Source: Callorhinchus milii
Lineage: Eukaryota
Assembly (NCBI RefSeq): GCF_018977255.1
Contig: NW_024704742.1
Span: 33,296,001 to 33,360,000 of the forward strand
Direction of reading: 5' to 3'
Length of the DNA stretch: 64,000 bases
The translations under genes and the position numbers were made by a program. This document shows, in pieces, positions 12,023-24,973 of this stretch. The notes under the pieces are model-generated. The model did not search any database. It was not told where the DNA came from and was given only the letters and a program-made list of their open reading frames with translations. Numbering within the stretch: the stretch's first letter is position 1; each line of letters starts with the position of its first letter.

Positions 12023-13279
12023 CTGCCATAAGCAAAAAATGAAATACAGACTTCAGGAAGATGTTAACTGTTCCTGGGAAGATGCTCTAGATGGCAGACC
12101 GGCTACACAGGAGCCGCGGTTTAATCTTATGCTGTACGATATACATTATGAAACTCCTGTCACTCTGCCAAAGTGCAGCGCTAATGCACCTGCAACAGTC
12201 GGTCACCACAGCTAATTAAACAAACAATCCTTCTCTTATCAGTACAATATATTCATAGCAGTGACCGACCGCTCCGCGCTTATTGATTTTGTTTGCATTT
12301 CAAAGCTGGCTGCAACCACCTAATCTCCAAAACAAACAATGAAACTGCTGCAGCAACCCCAACAAAGAACTTCTTAGAATAAGTATCATCCTCACACCAT
12401 ACACCTTTGTTGTTAGTGTTTATTATGGACATTTAATGCACACATAGCTGTGATTAGATTGAAACTGTGTTAGAAATGGCATAAACCTATAAGTCTGTAC
12501 GCATTCTCTCTCAAAGAGACAGCACGGACAGCGTAGGCTAAATAACAACCACAACAACAAATTGCATTTATATAGCGCCTTTCATGTCAGGGGAACATCT
12601 CAAGATATTGGACAATGTGGGGTTTGTACCCGAGCTGCTGGTTGGGATCAGAGAGAGAAGTATGTATATATAGGTGGGATGCCGTGGAATTCTCAGGTTG
12701 GCTTGGATACTCAGAAGCACGGTGATGGGTTTCCGCATTTGGCAGACGCCTGGCTGACCACATTGATTTTTTAAATCTATAATAAAATCTTTTTGTATCA
12801 AATTACCTGTTATAATGGATCCAATGAGAACTGACAGACGCATTTTTCTATTAATGAGCAACAGATATTAATTTTAAAGGGACACATGACCAAATAATGA
12901 TTATCCTCCTTGGAAGGAAGGAAGCGGGTTCTCCTTGGAGTTGAACTGACTCCAAGGTGACCTGCTTGGCAAAGAACCAAACCAACCCTCTGTGGTGGTT
13001 TCAGTAGTCCAGTTCCTGAGCCATGTGGATCCACAGTATTCCAGGGCACTGCTGATGACAGCACAGCCAGCTTGGCTCATCAGTACGATTTGGAAGAACA
13101 AGGCAGTCACTTGGGCCATCTCAGCTCCTGTTGACCCTGCAAGCTAAAGCCCTAATGGGTAGGGTGATCCTAGCTGGAAAAGAAACAGGAAAGCTTGCCA
13201 GACAGTGATTTCAGCAAGCTATGCCGTTTAAAAAATAGAGGGCCCCTGTAATCCATTCCAAACATTTTGGGGTTACCTT

Positions 13280-13540
13280 CAGTTACCAGGACAGCCATGT
13301 GTCACAGTTGTTTGCAAAATTTGAAACTTGGCTTTTATGAGGAGGGGATGATGACAGCAGTTTGAGGGGGAGTGGGATGGAGCCTGAGGAGAGGTACAGG
13401 TTGACTGTGTCCACCAGCAGGGAGCAGAGTAGTTTGGTGGTCAGCAGTTGGGTAGAGAGGGGTTCAAGGCTGCAGGTGGTGCGTTTCATATGTTGGTGAT
13501 GGCTGTGAGAGATGAGGGAGAAATACAACCATTGGTATGG
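13280..13540 (-). mobile_element. Degraded L2 ORF2 fragment
   Basis: TCSLEPLST...SSGSIPLPLK, homologous to the 1460-2170 region. Confidence 0.7.
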
Positions 13541-15643
13541 TATGAAATGGTATGTATTGTTGGGGGTGTCATCCTTTGAATGAGACATTAAGTTGAGGTC
13601 CCATCTGCCAGTTCAGGTGGATGTTAAAGATTCCATGGCACTACTTGAAAGAGAAAGAAGTTTCTCCCAGTTTTGCCTTGACCAACAACCCCATTTAAAA
13701 ATGTGACTTTCAACAGCACCTTAGGACGTCATCCCGACATGAAAGGCGCTTTACCAATATAATTTTTGCTGTTATTGTCGACATTCACTTCATTGGTTAC
13801 CACATTTGCCTACAAATTGATTTAAAAAATTAAGTGCTTTGAGACATTTCAAAAGTGAAAAGACCACTATATCAAATGCAAGGATAATTATTATTATTCC
13901 TGTTGTGACTCTACCTCAATCCCTCCGCCTTGCCCCCTCCCCTTTTTCAACTCTCGCCTGAAGACCTTCCTCTTCGACCATGCTTACGGCCATCTCCCTC
14001 GGTTCGGAGTCAGGCTCCGCTAGTGTTAAATGCCCTGAGACGCTACCCAGGTTGGAGGGCGCTACATAAGTACAAGTTGTTGTTGTAATATCCAGAAGCA
14101 ATAAGACTTGTTGGTAGCTGAAATTATAAAATATTGAAGTGCTGCAGAGAGAGTGGCATAATCTGTTTCAGTGTGATCAGTACCACGAGCACGTCATGGA
14201 TCAGACTCATCTCCTTAAAGGCTAACAAATCAATCTGGATTAACTTGGTTATTTTAGTGAAATGCAGAATGCTGTAGCTGTCATTGCAATTAGAAATTCC
14301 ACTTTGTCACTATACCATTTTTTAAAGGGGACAGTGATCATCAGCAGGGTAGGATCACAAGAGATCCCAAGACAAGAGAGATGTGGATGATGAAGACAAC
14401 ACTTCAGACCATTTGATCTTATCCGTCCAGAACATTCACACTGTTGGCTTCCCATTACAGCATCAAGTTTTTTCTTAAATTAATTCAGCACCTGGCCTCT
14501 ACCAATCTTTTTGGTAACCAGTTTCAGTCATTAATTACCCTCCTGATGTCTGACCCCAAATTGCCCTTCACACCCTAAACCTATGCCCTCTTTTTTTCTG
14601 GATTTACATTCTCTATTCCATTTAGCAAAGGAGTGATTTGCATGGCCAGGCTAAGATCGTTTGGTTGGATTTATACAGTTTCATCTGCAGATGACCACTG
14701 GCCATAGTATCCCTCAATATAATTGAAAGACTTTCATCAATGCTCCACTGATAATTTCAGTAGAACTGAATCAAGCACACTAGGAAAATCCTGGGTTCAA
14801 ACTCTGATTTGTGCTGAGTTAGCAGGTCCACGCCAGAGTAGCAATAGGAATGCTAAAATTGGCCTCAACCTTACCTCCCTAGACTAACACAAATGCATTC
14901 TGAGCTTCTATTCTCGATTGCCATCAGGTGATCTCTTACTAGAAAGTGTGTGCGTGAAGGGGTCAGGTAAAGACAAAATCAGTGGCAGTCAAATTGCCTG
15001 CCAACACTCAGTGTGTGAGCTCTCTCATAAGCAAATATGGGCTCAAGGTATCAAAAGTCAGTCAGCTTATGTGGAACCATACTCCAGCATGTCTTCAGGC
15101 CTGCAAGGGAACCATTGAAATTACATAATGTTCTCATAGAGAGGAATGATTTTGCCTCATCGAATATTTTGTAAATCAACCTACTCAATGGCGATTATTC
15201 ATATTTTCACTTCTTTCCTTTCTCCTCACAACATTCCAAACAGAGCTCCGCTGCAATGGACTCTGCAGCAGACTGTCGTTTATCTTGCTGCATTAATATT
15301 ACATGCTCTGAGCTATATATAAACCTCCATCAAGACAGCCTACAACACAGCTCTCATCCTCCACATAACACATATTGTGCTTGCATCCGTCAGAGACATC
15401 TCATCAGCTAGCAAAACAGGATTTATATTTAAAAAACGTATGTCTCTAATCTATAATCTTATCTAAAGCATTCTGTTAACTAATTTAACGCTTAATGTGT
15501 GTTGACGCAAAGATTTGCAAACGCAGAATGTTATAAACTGTTGTCCAATACAAGCCGAAGCAAGCAACACAGGTTTATTCTGAAATCAAAGAAAAGAGCA
15601 GCTCAGAAAAACGGAGACAGTATTGTCCTAAATATATACTTAC

Positions 15644-15742
15644 AGTGGTTGTGGTAGTGACCTCTTCTGTGACGACCTTCAGGGTATCCACCACAGAGAT
15701 ATATCCAAGACGTTTGGCAATTGCTAAGGCAGTGTTGCCATT
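15644..15742 (-). CDS. ANK2: ANK2 exon, 99 nt, [33 protein letters not shown] (last ANK repeat)
   Basis: cag acceptor, ACT|gtaagt donor. Confidence 0.96.
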
Positions 15743-16237
15743 CTGCAAAGAGGAGAATTCATTCAATGTACTGCATTCACCAGTGTTCTTCCTGTGGGGA
15801 CTGATGTCTCACTAAAAGCAATCTCTACATCCTAACGAGATGCTGTTTGAAACTTTCCACTTATTATGCCTGTCTGACTTGCTCGGACATGTCTCACTAT
15901 TTAGCAGAAGCCAAGAATATATTATTTTACAGTAGAGTTCATTAGGTTGATTACTAAAAAAACACAGCCAAATCCATTGAAATAATTACCGGGTATTTTA
16001 GTTCAAGAGCTGAATTTATTAGCATATTAATGAAACGGAACAGAAGATATATAATTTTCTAAGCAAACATGCAGCTCATTCTGGAGTGTAGAGTAGATGT
16101 GGGAATCAATAAATTATGATCTTAGGATGCCACAAAGTATCAATGCTGTGTACATTACGACGTGCACAATCCTGCACACACGAAACCTTCCAGTATCTCT
16201 GCTGAGCTGAGAGAGAGAGAACGAGAGAGAGACTTAC

Positions 16238-16336
16238 TGAAGTGATGGCATTGGGTTTGGCCCCATGCTGAAGGAGAACATTGATGATGTGGGTGTGACC
16301 CTGCTGAGCTGCCTGGTGCAAAGGTGTATATCCATT
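16238..16336 (-). CDS. ANK2: ANK2 exon, 99 nt, [33 protein letters not shown]
   Basis: cag acceptor, TCA|gtaagt donor. Confidence 0.96.
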
Positions 16337-17655
16337 CTGATCATGCAGACAGGTTCATTCAGGAAGACAAAGAAAAATATGGCATAAATGAGAAAATGAT
16401 TGTGTCTCATTATGTACCATTGCTCATTGACCATTGTTAAATACAAATATTATTAATGTAATATTGCCTATATACTGTTCACCTATAAATGTCATTACAC
16501 CTTACAGTAAGTCCTGTGAAGTTGTCTGAGACATACTCCTGATGTGAAAGATGCTACAACAAATGCAAGGATTATTATAATATTGCACGGAGGGACTTTT
16601 CACATTATTGAGAATGTGTCCACAGGAAAACTGCTCACGTGTACTCGGACTGGAAGGTGTCAGCCAATAGCTCTACGGTGAATGAAAGATTTGCAGGATA
16701 CCATTCCAAAACTTGATAAGATTAAACCCCAACCATCATTGGAGAAGGCAGCAGTTAGAAAGTCGGGAATAGATACAACTGTTGGGTAGAATAACTATGT
16801 ACCATTGATATCTAGGTTTTAGAAAGCCTCAAAGTAAATGATCTCTCTCCAGCCTATTCAAAGTGAATTAGACCGCAAATTAGGCCATATCTTATTCATA
16901 AAGGCCATTAGGTGACTGGTTTAGGGGGAAAAAATGACACATGGACGTCACACATCTGTGGCTGGCCATAAGTTAAGGTACAATTTGGGAGCCAGTGAAA
17001 GGAGATTTACTCTCTAGCTGGCCTTCACTACATCTGGCCTGAGAATGCTTAAATGTTCAGATTTGGGTGGCAAAAGTATGAAAATATTTCATTCTGCAAA
17101 ACTGAAATCACTATAACTATAAAATAAAGCACTGTGCTAGCAGGCACTTTATCTATTGCACTACCCCAACCATGACATTCACATCAAAAAACAAACAAGA
17201 ATTTACAATATTACGTCCCATGGTAATTCATGAAGTAAAACATCAGTCTTTTACATACTATTTTACTATTAGTTTCTGCATTTGAGGGCCTCAATAACAC
17301 GTCTGTCAGTTCATTGAAAGAAATATAATCATTATGAATGTTCAAATATATACCACAATTTCTAATAATCAGATGTTCATCGATGTGCATTGCTCACTTC
17401 TGAGACAGATAATGTAAAAAAATTGGACGTCTCTTACACTCAATGTTAAAAATAGTGAGTTTTTTTGACGAGGTCATTATGAAAATAGACCAAAAAGTTC
17501 ACTGCTTTTTTGTAATAAACGTAGAATAGACTACAATGCCAAAAAACGAACAAGTGGCTTCTGAAGGATTTTTCAAAAAAATTCTTGCTTCTTTGATTCC
17601 CATCAATCTTATATTTTATATGCCACAAATTATTTTTGAAGCTCATTATTTTTAC

Positions 17656-17754
17656 CTTGGTTTTAGCGTTGACGTTGGAACCGTGTTTCAGGAGGAAATT
17701 GACCATCTTAATGTTTCCATAGTGACAGGCCACAATCAGAGGAGTATAGCCCAG
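17656..17754 (-). CDS. ANK2: ANK2 exon, 99 nt, [33 protein letters not shown]
   Basis: cag acceptor, AAG|gtaaaa donor. Confidence 0.96.
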
Positions 17755-18461
17755 CTGAAAGAAAGAAGCTTCATCAGAACTTAACCCGCCAGGCAGAACG
17801 CCACAAATGTGGACCAAGTTCCATTGTCTCCCTGTCTCGAGTCTCATGACTTTTCAAATGTCTCCTTGCTCTTGACCATGCCCACTCTACCTCTATGATT
17901 TCCTGTAGTGCCCCAATCTCTTTGCTTGTGCCATTAGTTATCTCCCCTTCGACAGCCTTCATCTCCCAACTTGCTTGGAATCCCACTGCTTTGTAAAGTA
18001 CTTTTGAGACATTTAACTACATGAAAGAAATTATACAAATGAAAGCCCTTGTTTTTTTATGGATAGCCATTAGATTACAAAGAATAATAATCCTGTTTCA
18101 ATAAATATTCTTGGGCAATAGAGAAACACGGAGATGTCACTATAGTGTTTAATCAAAGGAATGAGTTGCAATTTTATTTCTAAAATATGTGTTTAACAGT
18201 ACTGTATGTATTATATAAAGCAACAGCACTGATACATTACAAGGCACCAATTCAAACGTTACTTGTTAAATAATTTCTGTGCTGTCATGGTTGATCAATA
18301 AACAATACTATACATTCTCTCTTAATACAGGTCTTCATTAAAAACACTCAAGTTCAACGTGAACAGTAGAGTTGACAATGTTTGAAGCTTCCTTATGAAC
18401 AGCTCTGAACCTGAAAGCCTTGCAATATAATAATACAAACAGGAAAAGATGATGTTGTTAC

Positions 18462-18560
18462 CTTAGTCTGGACATCAAGATTTGCCCCATTTTGTACCAG
18501 CATGTCCGCTACATTAACCTTATCCTCCTGAGCTGCAAGGTGTAGTGCTGTCAATCCGCT
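18462..18560 (-). CDS. ANK2: ANK2 exon, 99 nt, [33 protein letters not shown]
   Basis: tag acceptor, AAG|gtaaca donor. Confidence 0.96.
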
Positions 18561-18799
18561 CTAAACATTGACAAAACACAATAGATGAACATGTCAGTGT
18601 TAATCGCAAAGAAAAGCCATTGAGTGATATTCTTAATTTTGAATCTTTATTTTTAATGAGTCCATTGGATTTTTTTTGCTTGTGCAGAATGGTAATTAAG
18701 TACTTCGGTCCCGGTTGACCACCACTGAACATGCACATGTGCAGCATAACATCCCAAAACAACTCCAACCCAAGAGGTTTATAGATCCAAGAGATTGAC

Positions 18800-19450
18800 A
18801 AAGAATGTAAACCGGCCATTTGGCCCAGCCAGTCTGTGACGATGTTTACACTCCACATAAGTCTCCACCCACTTTTTACTCCAGAGTCCACCCACTCCTA
18901 ACTCCCTCCCATACCTTTCTATTGTCTTCTTCCTCAAACAAAAGTCTAGCTTCCTCTTAAATGCACCTGTACTCTCTGATTCAACTGCTTAGGACAGTGA
19001 GTATCTATTGCTTTCTGGGGCAGAACTTTCCACATTTTCATAGCCTTTCGTGAAAATGCTTCAGTTGTAACTGTCGTTGTTCGTATGTTAAGGCTCTGTC
19101 CCATTATAAAAGGATCTCTCTACCAGAAGGAAGAGTTGTCTACAAACTAATCTGTTAATTCCTCTTAATATTTGAAATTTACCAACCCTCTGCTTCTTAT
19201 CACCCAACTAATTTCCTATCCATGACGCAATATTTCCTATCCATGACTTTAACTCCCAGTGTGCTTTAGTTTCAGCTAATAATTTCAGATGTGGCATTTC
19301 ATCAAATGCTTTCTGAGAATCCATAATAAATAACATGATTGATTTCCCCTTTATCATTCACTTTCACACAGAGAGTAGTCCGATTGCGGAATTCGCTGTC
19401 CAAAGTTGTTATTGAATCTGTTTCCACCACTCATTTTGGCAGTGCATTCG
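18800..19450 (-). mobile_element. CR1 LINE fragments
   Basis: ggccatttggcccagccagtctgtg...tttacactccacat, reverse of the 6170 3' UTR. Confidence 0.65.
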
Positions 19451-19467
19451 ATTCTTGAGCATTGGGG

Positions 19468-19860
19468 AGTGAGCTCCCCGATCGTGCAGTGAGTAAAATC
19501 ACATGTTAATCACATGGTGCCTGCTGAGCACTCGGCCTTACAGATTGGAAAGTTAAGAGGTTCAAACCCTGCTCTGAGCTGCCTAATCTCAGCCAGAGCA
19601 ACCGTTGGGGGCGCTACAATTGGCCTCAGCACTCCTGCCATAAGGAAGGCAAAATCATCCAGGGTTTCCACTCTAGATCACAATTGTGTGTGTATGTGGA
19701 TATCAAGTGAGGGCAAAGACTCAAATCCTCCCCTTACAGCCTCCTGCACTCTGTGCAAACTCACACATTCCATTTGGACGAAGTACTCTGAGGGTCCCCA
19801 ATGCTTTTGGAACCTTGCTCATGTAGAAAGAAAAAGGTACACAAAACACCTTTCGCTTGG
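19468..19860 (+). repeat. Old SINE-like repeat (copies also at about 14770-15115 and 51155-51550)
   Basis: Shared blocks in the same order: B-box-like ggttcaaa, aattggcctca, ctcacac, ggaacc; individual blocks are eroded in some copies. Confidence 0.6.
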
Positions 19861-20007
19861 GAGAAAAATGCCAGAGAATAAAAGAGTAAGCTAAACCCAA
19901 AAAAATCAGACAGCCCAGTGGGGCAATACTGTAATATTGCCTTATTCTCAGTTATAAATTCCAAAACAATGATAAACGTCTTGGGCACACTTAGACTTCA
20001 CTCTTAC

Positions 20008-20205
20008 CTTTGTTAGCAAGCTTACATTGGCGCTTTTCCCCATTAGACGAGAAACCATGTCCACATGTCCTTCTTGTGAAGCCAGATGGAGTGGGCTCAC
20101 TCCCTGCTTTGTCAGTGCATTAGTCTCAGCTCCATATTCTAGAAGGGTGGTGGCAATTTCCATTTGGTTCTTCTTGGCAGCGATGTGTAGAGGACTATAA
20201 CCGTT
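20008..20205 (-). CDS. ANK2: ANK2 exon, 198 nt, [14 protein letters not shown]...[10 protein letters not shown]
   Basis: cag acceptor, AAG|gtaaga donor; ORF 19948..20217. Confidence 0.97.
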
Positions 20206-21817
20206 CTGTAAAACCATGAATCAGACCAGAGACACTTACCCTCTGCTGGGTTTCGCTCAGTGCTCAAATTCCCTTTGCTAAATACAAAACAACGTGGAAT
20301 TCAACCAAATTTTGTACATTGCTGATTGGAATATGGGTTTCAAATTGCAACCTGTTAATTGACATATCGTTGGAAATCCCATCTTGTAAACTGAAGGGTC
20401 TCCACCTCCTAAAAACATTGGAATATTGGTTAGTGGGAAACTGGCTTTACTCAATATAAAAAATTGGGAGTACAGCCAATATGTCACTAACCAATGTACA
20501 TCAGATGCTACATTCATGCTCAACCATTGTGAAGCCGCCAGAAGGATCATAGTCTTAGACCAGCTATTGTCAGCAACTGGGTGGAATTGTTAAAGCTATA
20601 TTAATTAACAATGGTGTTCATTCACATATCACAGGTCAAAATTTCCACCCCACATCTCTATAATTCTAATTGATTATATTCCTTTTCAGTCCTTTTCATT
20701 TCATTTGAGTTAACCTTACAGTTTAATTTCACCTGTTCTGATCTGACTAACTTGAAAATGTATACCATTCTAGCCCTTTGCCTATAATTTTCAAGAGCTT
20801 TGGGATGTCCACTGGTGTAATGAGTGGAAATCGTAGGTCTGGTTATACCTAAAATTCTTTTTGGCATATTGAATATAAAAATAAGAGGCTTTATCATCAC
20901 AATAAAATTAAGTTATAAAAGAATACTTTGGATTAGGAGGCATGTTTGTTAGGATATTCAAAACAAAAAGTCAATCCATGTGCAAATGAATTAAAAACAT
21001 AATTCACAAACCCTCTAATCCCTTGTGATCAGATGAGTTATTTACTTAACTCTACCAGCCCCTCCTACCAAGCAGCTGTCTATGAATTCTAACAAAAAAC
21101 CAGAACAAAGACCTTCAGACTGACTACAGTCTACAATAATACCCCAGCCTCACAGCTGGAAATCTTCATTAAATTACTTTAATCCATAAAACCAGCTATG
21201 CGTCTGTGAACATTTTTTTGAATGAGTGTCCATTATATAAGTAACTTATTCGCAATCACCAAACAGAAGACATTCTTATCATGGCTCATACTCTGAACAT
21301 CCAAGTTATATTTACAAGAGGGTCATCCCTACATAAAAAACGAAATTTTGGAAAAGCCCATTTCTGGAATTTAAGAACAGACTTGGAGATTACAGCTCAG
21401 AATGTACTGCTATGTCATTTGACCTTACCAACTTGCCCGCTCCCTGCACTCGGCAAACATCCTCCCATCCCCTTTGCCCTCCACCTCTCTTGATTCCAAC
21501 CCCCAGCTCAGGTGAAAACCCTTGACTGTCCAGCGCCTTGAGACATTCTCCTGATGTGAAAGGTGCTACATAAATGCAATTTGTTGTTGTTTGTTGAATG
21601 TAATATCATCATGATCTTGTCTCTTCGCAACCAAAAATACCTGACAAACCTCTTCATGAAGACAGTGCCTGCATGATCCACTAAAGTTTATGCATTACAC
21701 TGTTAGCAAGGGGCCTTGCAATTGTCAGTTATATTACTGCTAAGTGCAGAAAACACAAAACCCTCTACAATGTTTTATGTTGAAGTTATTGACAGGTTTT
21801 ACATCAATTATTAGTAC

Positions 21818-21916
21818 CTTGGCAGTGGCGTGAGGAGAGGCACCTTTCTCCAGCAACAGCAGCGCCACCTTCTGGTTGTCATAGTGAGCAGCAACATGGA
21901 GTGGGGTTAGGCCATT
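21818..21916 (-). CDS. ANK2: ANK2 exon, 99 nt, [33 protein letters not shown]
   Basis: cag acceptor, AAG|gtacta donor. Confidence 0.96.
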
Positions 21917-22144
21917 CTGTAAGAATTTGTGTTGGTTAATAGGGACTGACATTGCTCTTAAAGAAAGTGTTAGTGAACCACAAATACAGAAAAAAAGACA
22001 ACTATAAGCAGTTTATATCTGCACAAACCTATCAACAATAGGAAGTTAGATGTGGAAGAAAGTAGTTAAAGTCGACGACTAACTTTGGGAACAAAGCCAC
22101 TCAGATGATTGACTGTCTCGAACAGAAATCGTCTATCTATCCAC

Positions 22145-22471
22145 AATAATAATAATAATCCTTGCATTTGATATAGCGCTTTTCATGTCAGAAGGACATC
22201 CCAAAGCGCTTCACATAACACACTGTAAAGTGAATTGACTGTATATTTGTGGGCGAATGCGGCAGCCAATTGCGCACAGCAATGTCCCACAAACAGTCGT
22301 AGAATGAAAATGACCAATTTATTATTGTTTTTGGTTTTGGAGGGATTATTATTAGGCTCTGTGTGGAGTAAGGAAACTTGCCCAACGTTTCGCCCTGACC
22401 TGCCTGGAATTGAACTCGGATCTCTCACTTGCAAAGCGAGTGCTCTAACCACTGAGCTACAGGACTCCACA
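22145..22471 (-). mobile_element. Young tRNA-derived SINE, full length
   Basis: Same family; TCCACAAT at both ends. Confidence 0.92.
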
Positions 22472-23917
22472 ATGGGGAAACAGTACAATTTTCATTTTAT
22501 TGCACAAGTCAGGAGTCTCTCTTACTTTGAGAATGATAATAGAGTGGAGTAAGAGCTTGGTTTCATTGTACAGACTGGGTGAATACAATATCTAATGGAC
22601 ATCTTTAAAGACACAAATCTGTTCAAAGTGGTGCCATGTGCAACTATGGGCCACCGGGAGGATATTCCAATCTTAGTTTCAATCTTTGTCTGATACTATT
22701 TTGCCCACTTTGCTGGAATGCTCAAATGCCCAATATTGACCTCTCCTACATGAGAAGTACAGGAATGACATGGATACTCTGCAGGTCCACCACCAGCTAA
22801 GAAAAAGAATCCTCATGGTCTATTTGGATTTCTCCCCACCTGGATTGTGCCCCCTCCTGCAGGCGCTGACTCTTACCAGGGTACCATCCTACAGGGCTGG
22901 CTCCATTCTCTCCTCACCCAGTATCTTCACTTGTCACTTTCCAACAGTGGTTAGCAATCATGATCAGGAACCTCTCTCTCCCCCCCCCCCCCCAGACATA
23001 TTGAGGTCAATTTTAACACCTTTAACTCTGGCTGGTTTCAGTCAACGCAGCACAAATCGGTGATTGAACTTTTTACCTTCTGGGGCTATCTGGCCTAGCT
23101 TTCCGTCAGCCAATTCACTTCATACTTTGAAGGAAGAAGGGCTAAGTGGACCCAGTGAGATTCAAACCCAGAACCTTTTTTGTATCGAGTCCAGTGCTCA
23201 ACTGACTCAGGTCACGCTAACCACTGTTCAAGGAAAACAGTTCTGAACAGTCAGAATCTTTTCAAAATGTATCATACGTGTCTTCGGTGAGGCACAAGAG
23301 GTCCTGAATTCCTTTTTGGAAATATTTGGGGGCCACACAGAAAGTGCAAAAGCAGGCAGAATACAAGAGGAGTGTTATTGATAAGAGAGGAACATAAAAT
23401 GGGTTTGTTGTTTCATGCAGAAATTCAGGGAGCTGCTGTGGGGAGCAATCAAGCTTGGAAAGGAGTGGTCCCAGCAGTGAATACAGCCTTTCAGGTCAGA
23501 GGGGGAAGGGATAAGAGAAACATGCAAGGAATAAGTCGATTGGATTTTTTTTAAGGGATGGCCCAAAAGTTGAACGTTTCTTGTGAAAGTTCAATTTTAG
23601 AATGGATATTTAATTCATAAAACACTAAGCTAGTGAAATTCCACCTACAAGAACAAGTGGCACCTTTGACAGTGTTCACTTACATAATGGGAAAATCTCT
23701 TCTTTAAGGGCACATTGTCAAAGTCACCACACTTGGTGTGAGGATGAGGAATTTCTCACTTTGAATCTTCTAAACAGAAACTGCAGTTTACTTTGCGCAA
23801 GCTGTAATTTTCATCAACCAGAATTAAGCATTAGTCGATTAATTGTTCCATTACAGATAAAATTGAGGTCTTGTGTACATTTCCAGACTGAACTTTTGAA
23901 GTTCATTAATAACTTGC

Positions 23918-24016
23918 CTTGCCAGCAGAGTCTGGAGAAGCAGAGCGTTGCAGAAGGAGTTTTGCCACTTCCAGGCTCCCATACTTAGCTGCAACATGTA
24001 GTGGAGTAAATCCCTT
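23918..24016 (-). CDS. ANK2: ANK2 exon, 99 nt, [33 protein letters not shown] (GC donor)
   Basis: cag acceptor; donor AAG|gcaagt (non-canonical GC) is needed to keep the frame. Confidence 0.93.
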
Positions 24017-24973
24017 CTGCAATAGGGGACAGAGATAGACACAACTGCCACTTAGTAAACAGGCATGCTTGGAATACAATATAAATAATAAACAGAGATA
24101 AAATTATACTGTATTACACCAGTGGAATAAATAGGGAAGTGTACACAATGGTAAAATACTGGTACTTTTACCATGAGTGATGGTTTCTATCAGTGAAATA
24201 CATAGGTGACACTTAATGGGAATTTTATAGTGAGAAAGACCTGAAACTCAAGCATTGGAAATAGAAGTGGTAATGGGTAATGGAAGCAGAAGTGGTTATC
24301 GTTATGCGTAGAATATTGATTCTATAGCACATTGTGACATGATAACTGGACAGATATTTTTCATGTTTCCGCATGACTATTGTCTCTTTAAACATATCTG
24401 TTTCGAAAGATGTATTTTAAACACGTGGTGGAATTCAAATTTATCCCAGAAAGCAGTAAGATGTGATCAGCATTGTCACTCCTGCAACTGCTCATAACTA
24501 TTTGGCGACTTAATCTCTCATGAACTAGTCAACCTCACTTGCAGAGAGATCTCACTGCCACTCCTTGACACACATGTACACAACTATAACTGAACGAAAT
24601 ACCTCTCAAGACTGGCTGTAGGAGTTCAATACTGTACTCTAACTATAAAGATTTGTTACTGAGTGAGGCAAACACAAGCAGTGAGCAGCCGGGTTCCACA
24701 TTATTGCCTATAATATTTCTCTGATGACCACATGCACAGTTCTCCTGCAAGTTAATTCCCCTGGATGTTATGGGTTCACCATCACCACTAAATAAGAATC
24801 AGTATTTCACACATGCCCATTTCACAGCTTCAATTTCACTGCAAGACTCAGTAAGGTGCCCAAGGATGCTGCATGAACTTGAAACATGTCACAAAATCAT
24901 TATTGGAAGACAAGGTAAAACACTGCATTTTAGTAACTTCAATCCCACTAAGCACAGTACAAGTTTTTTGCTC

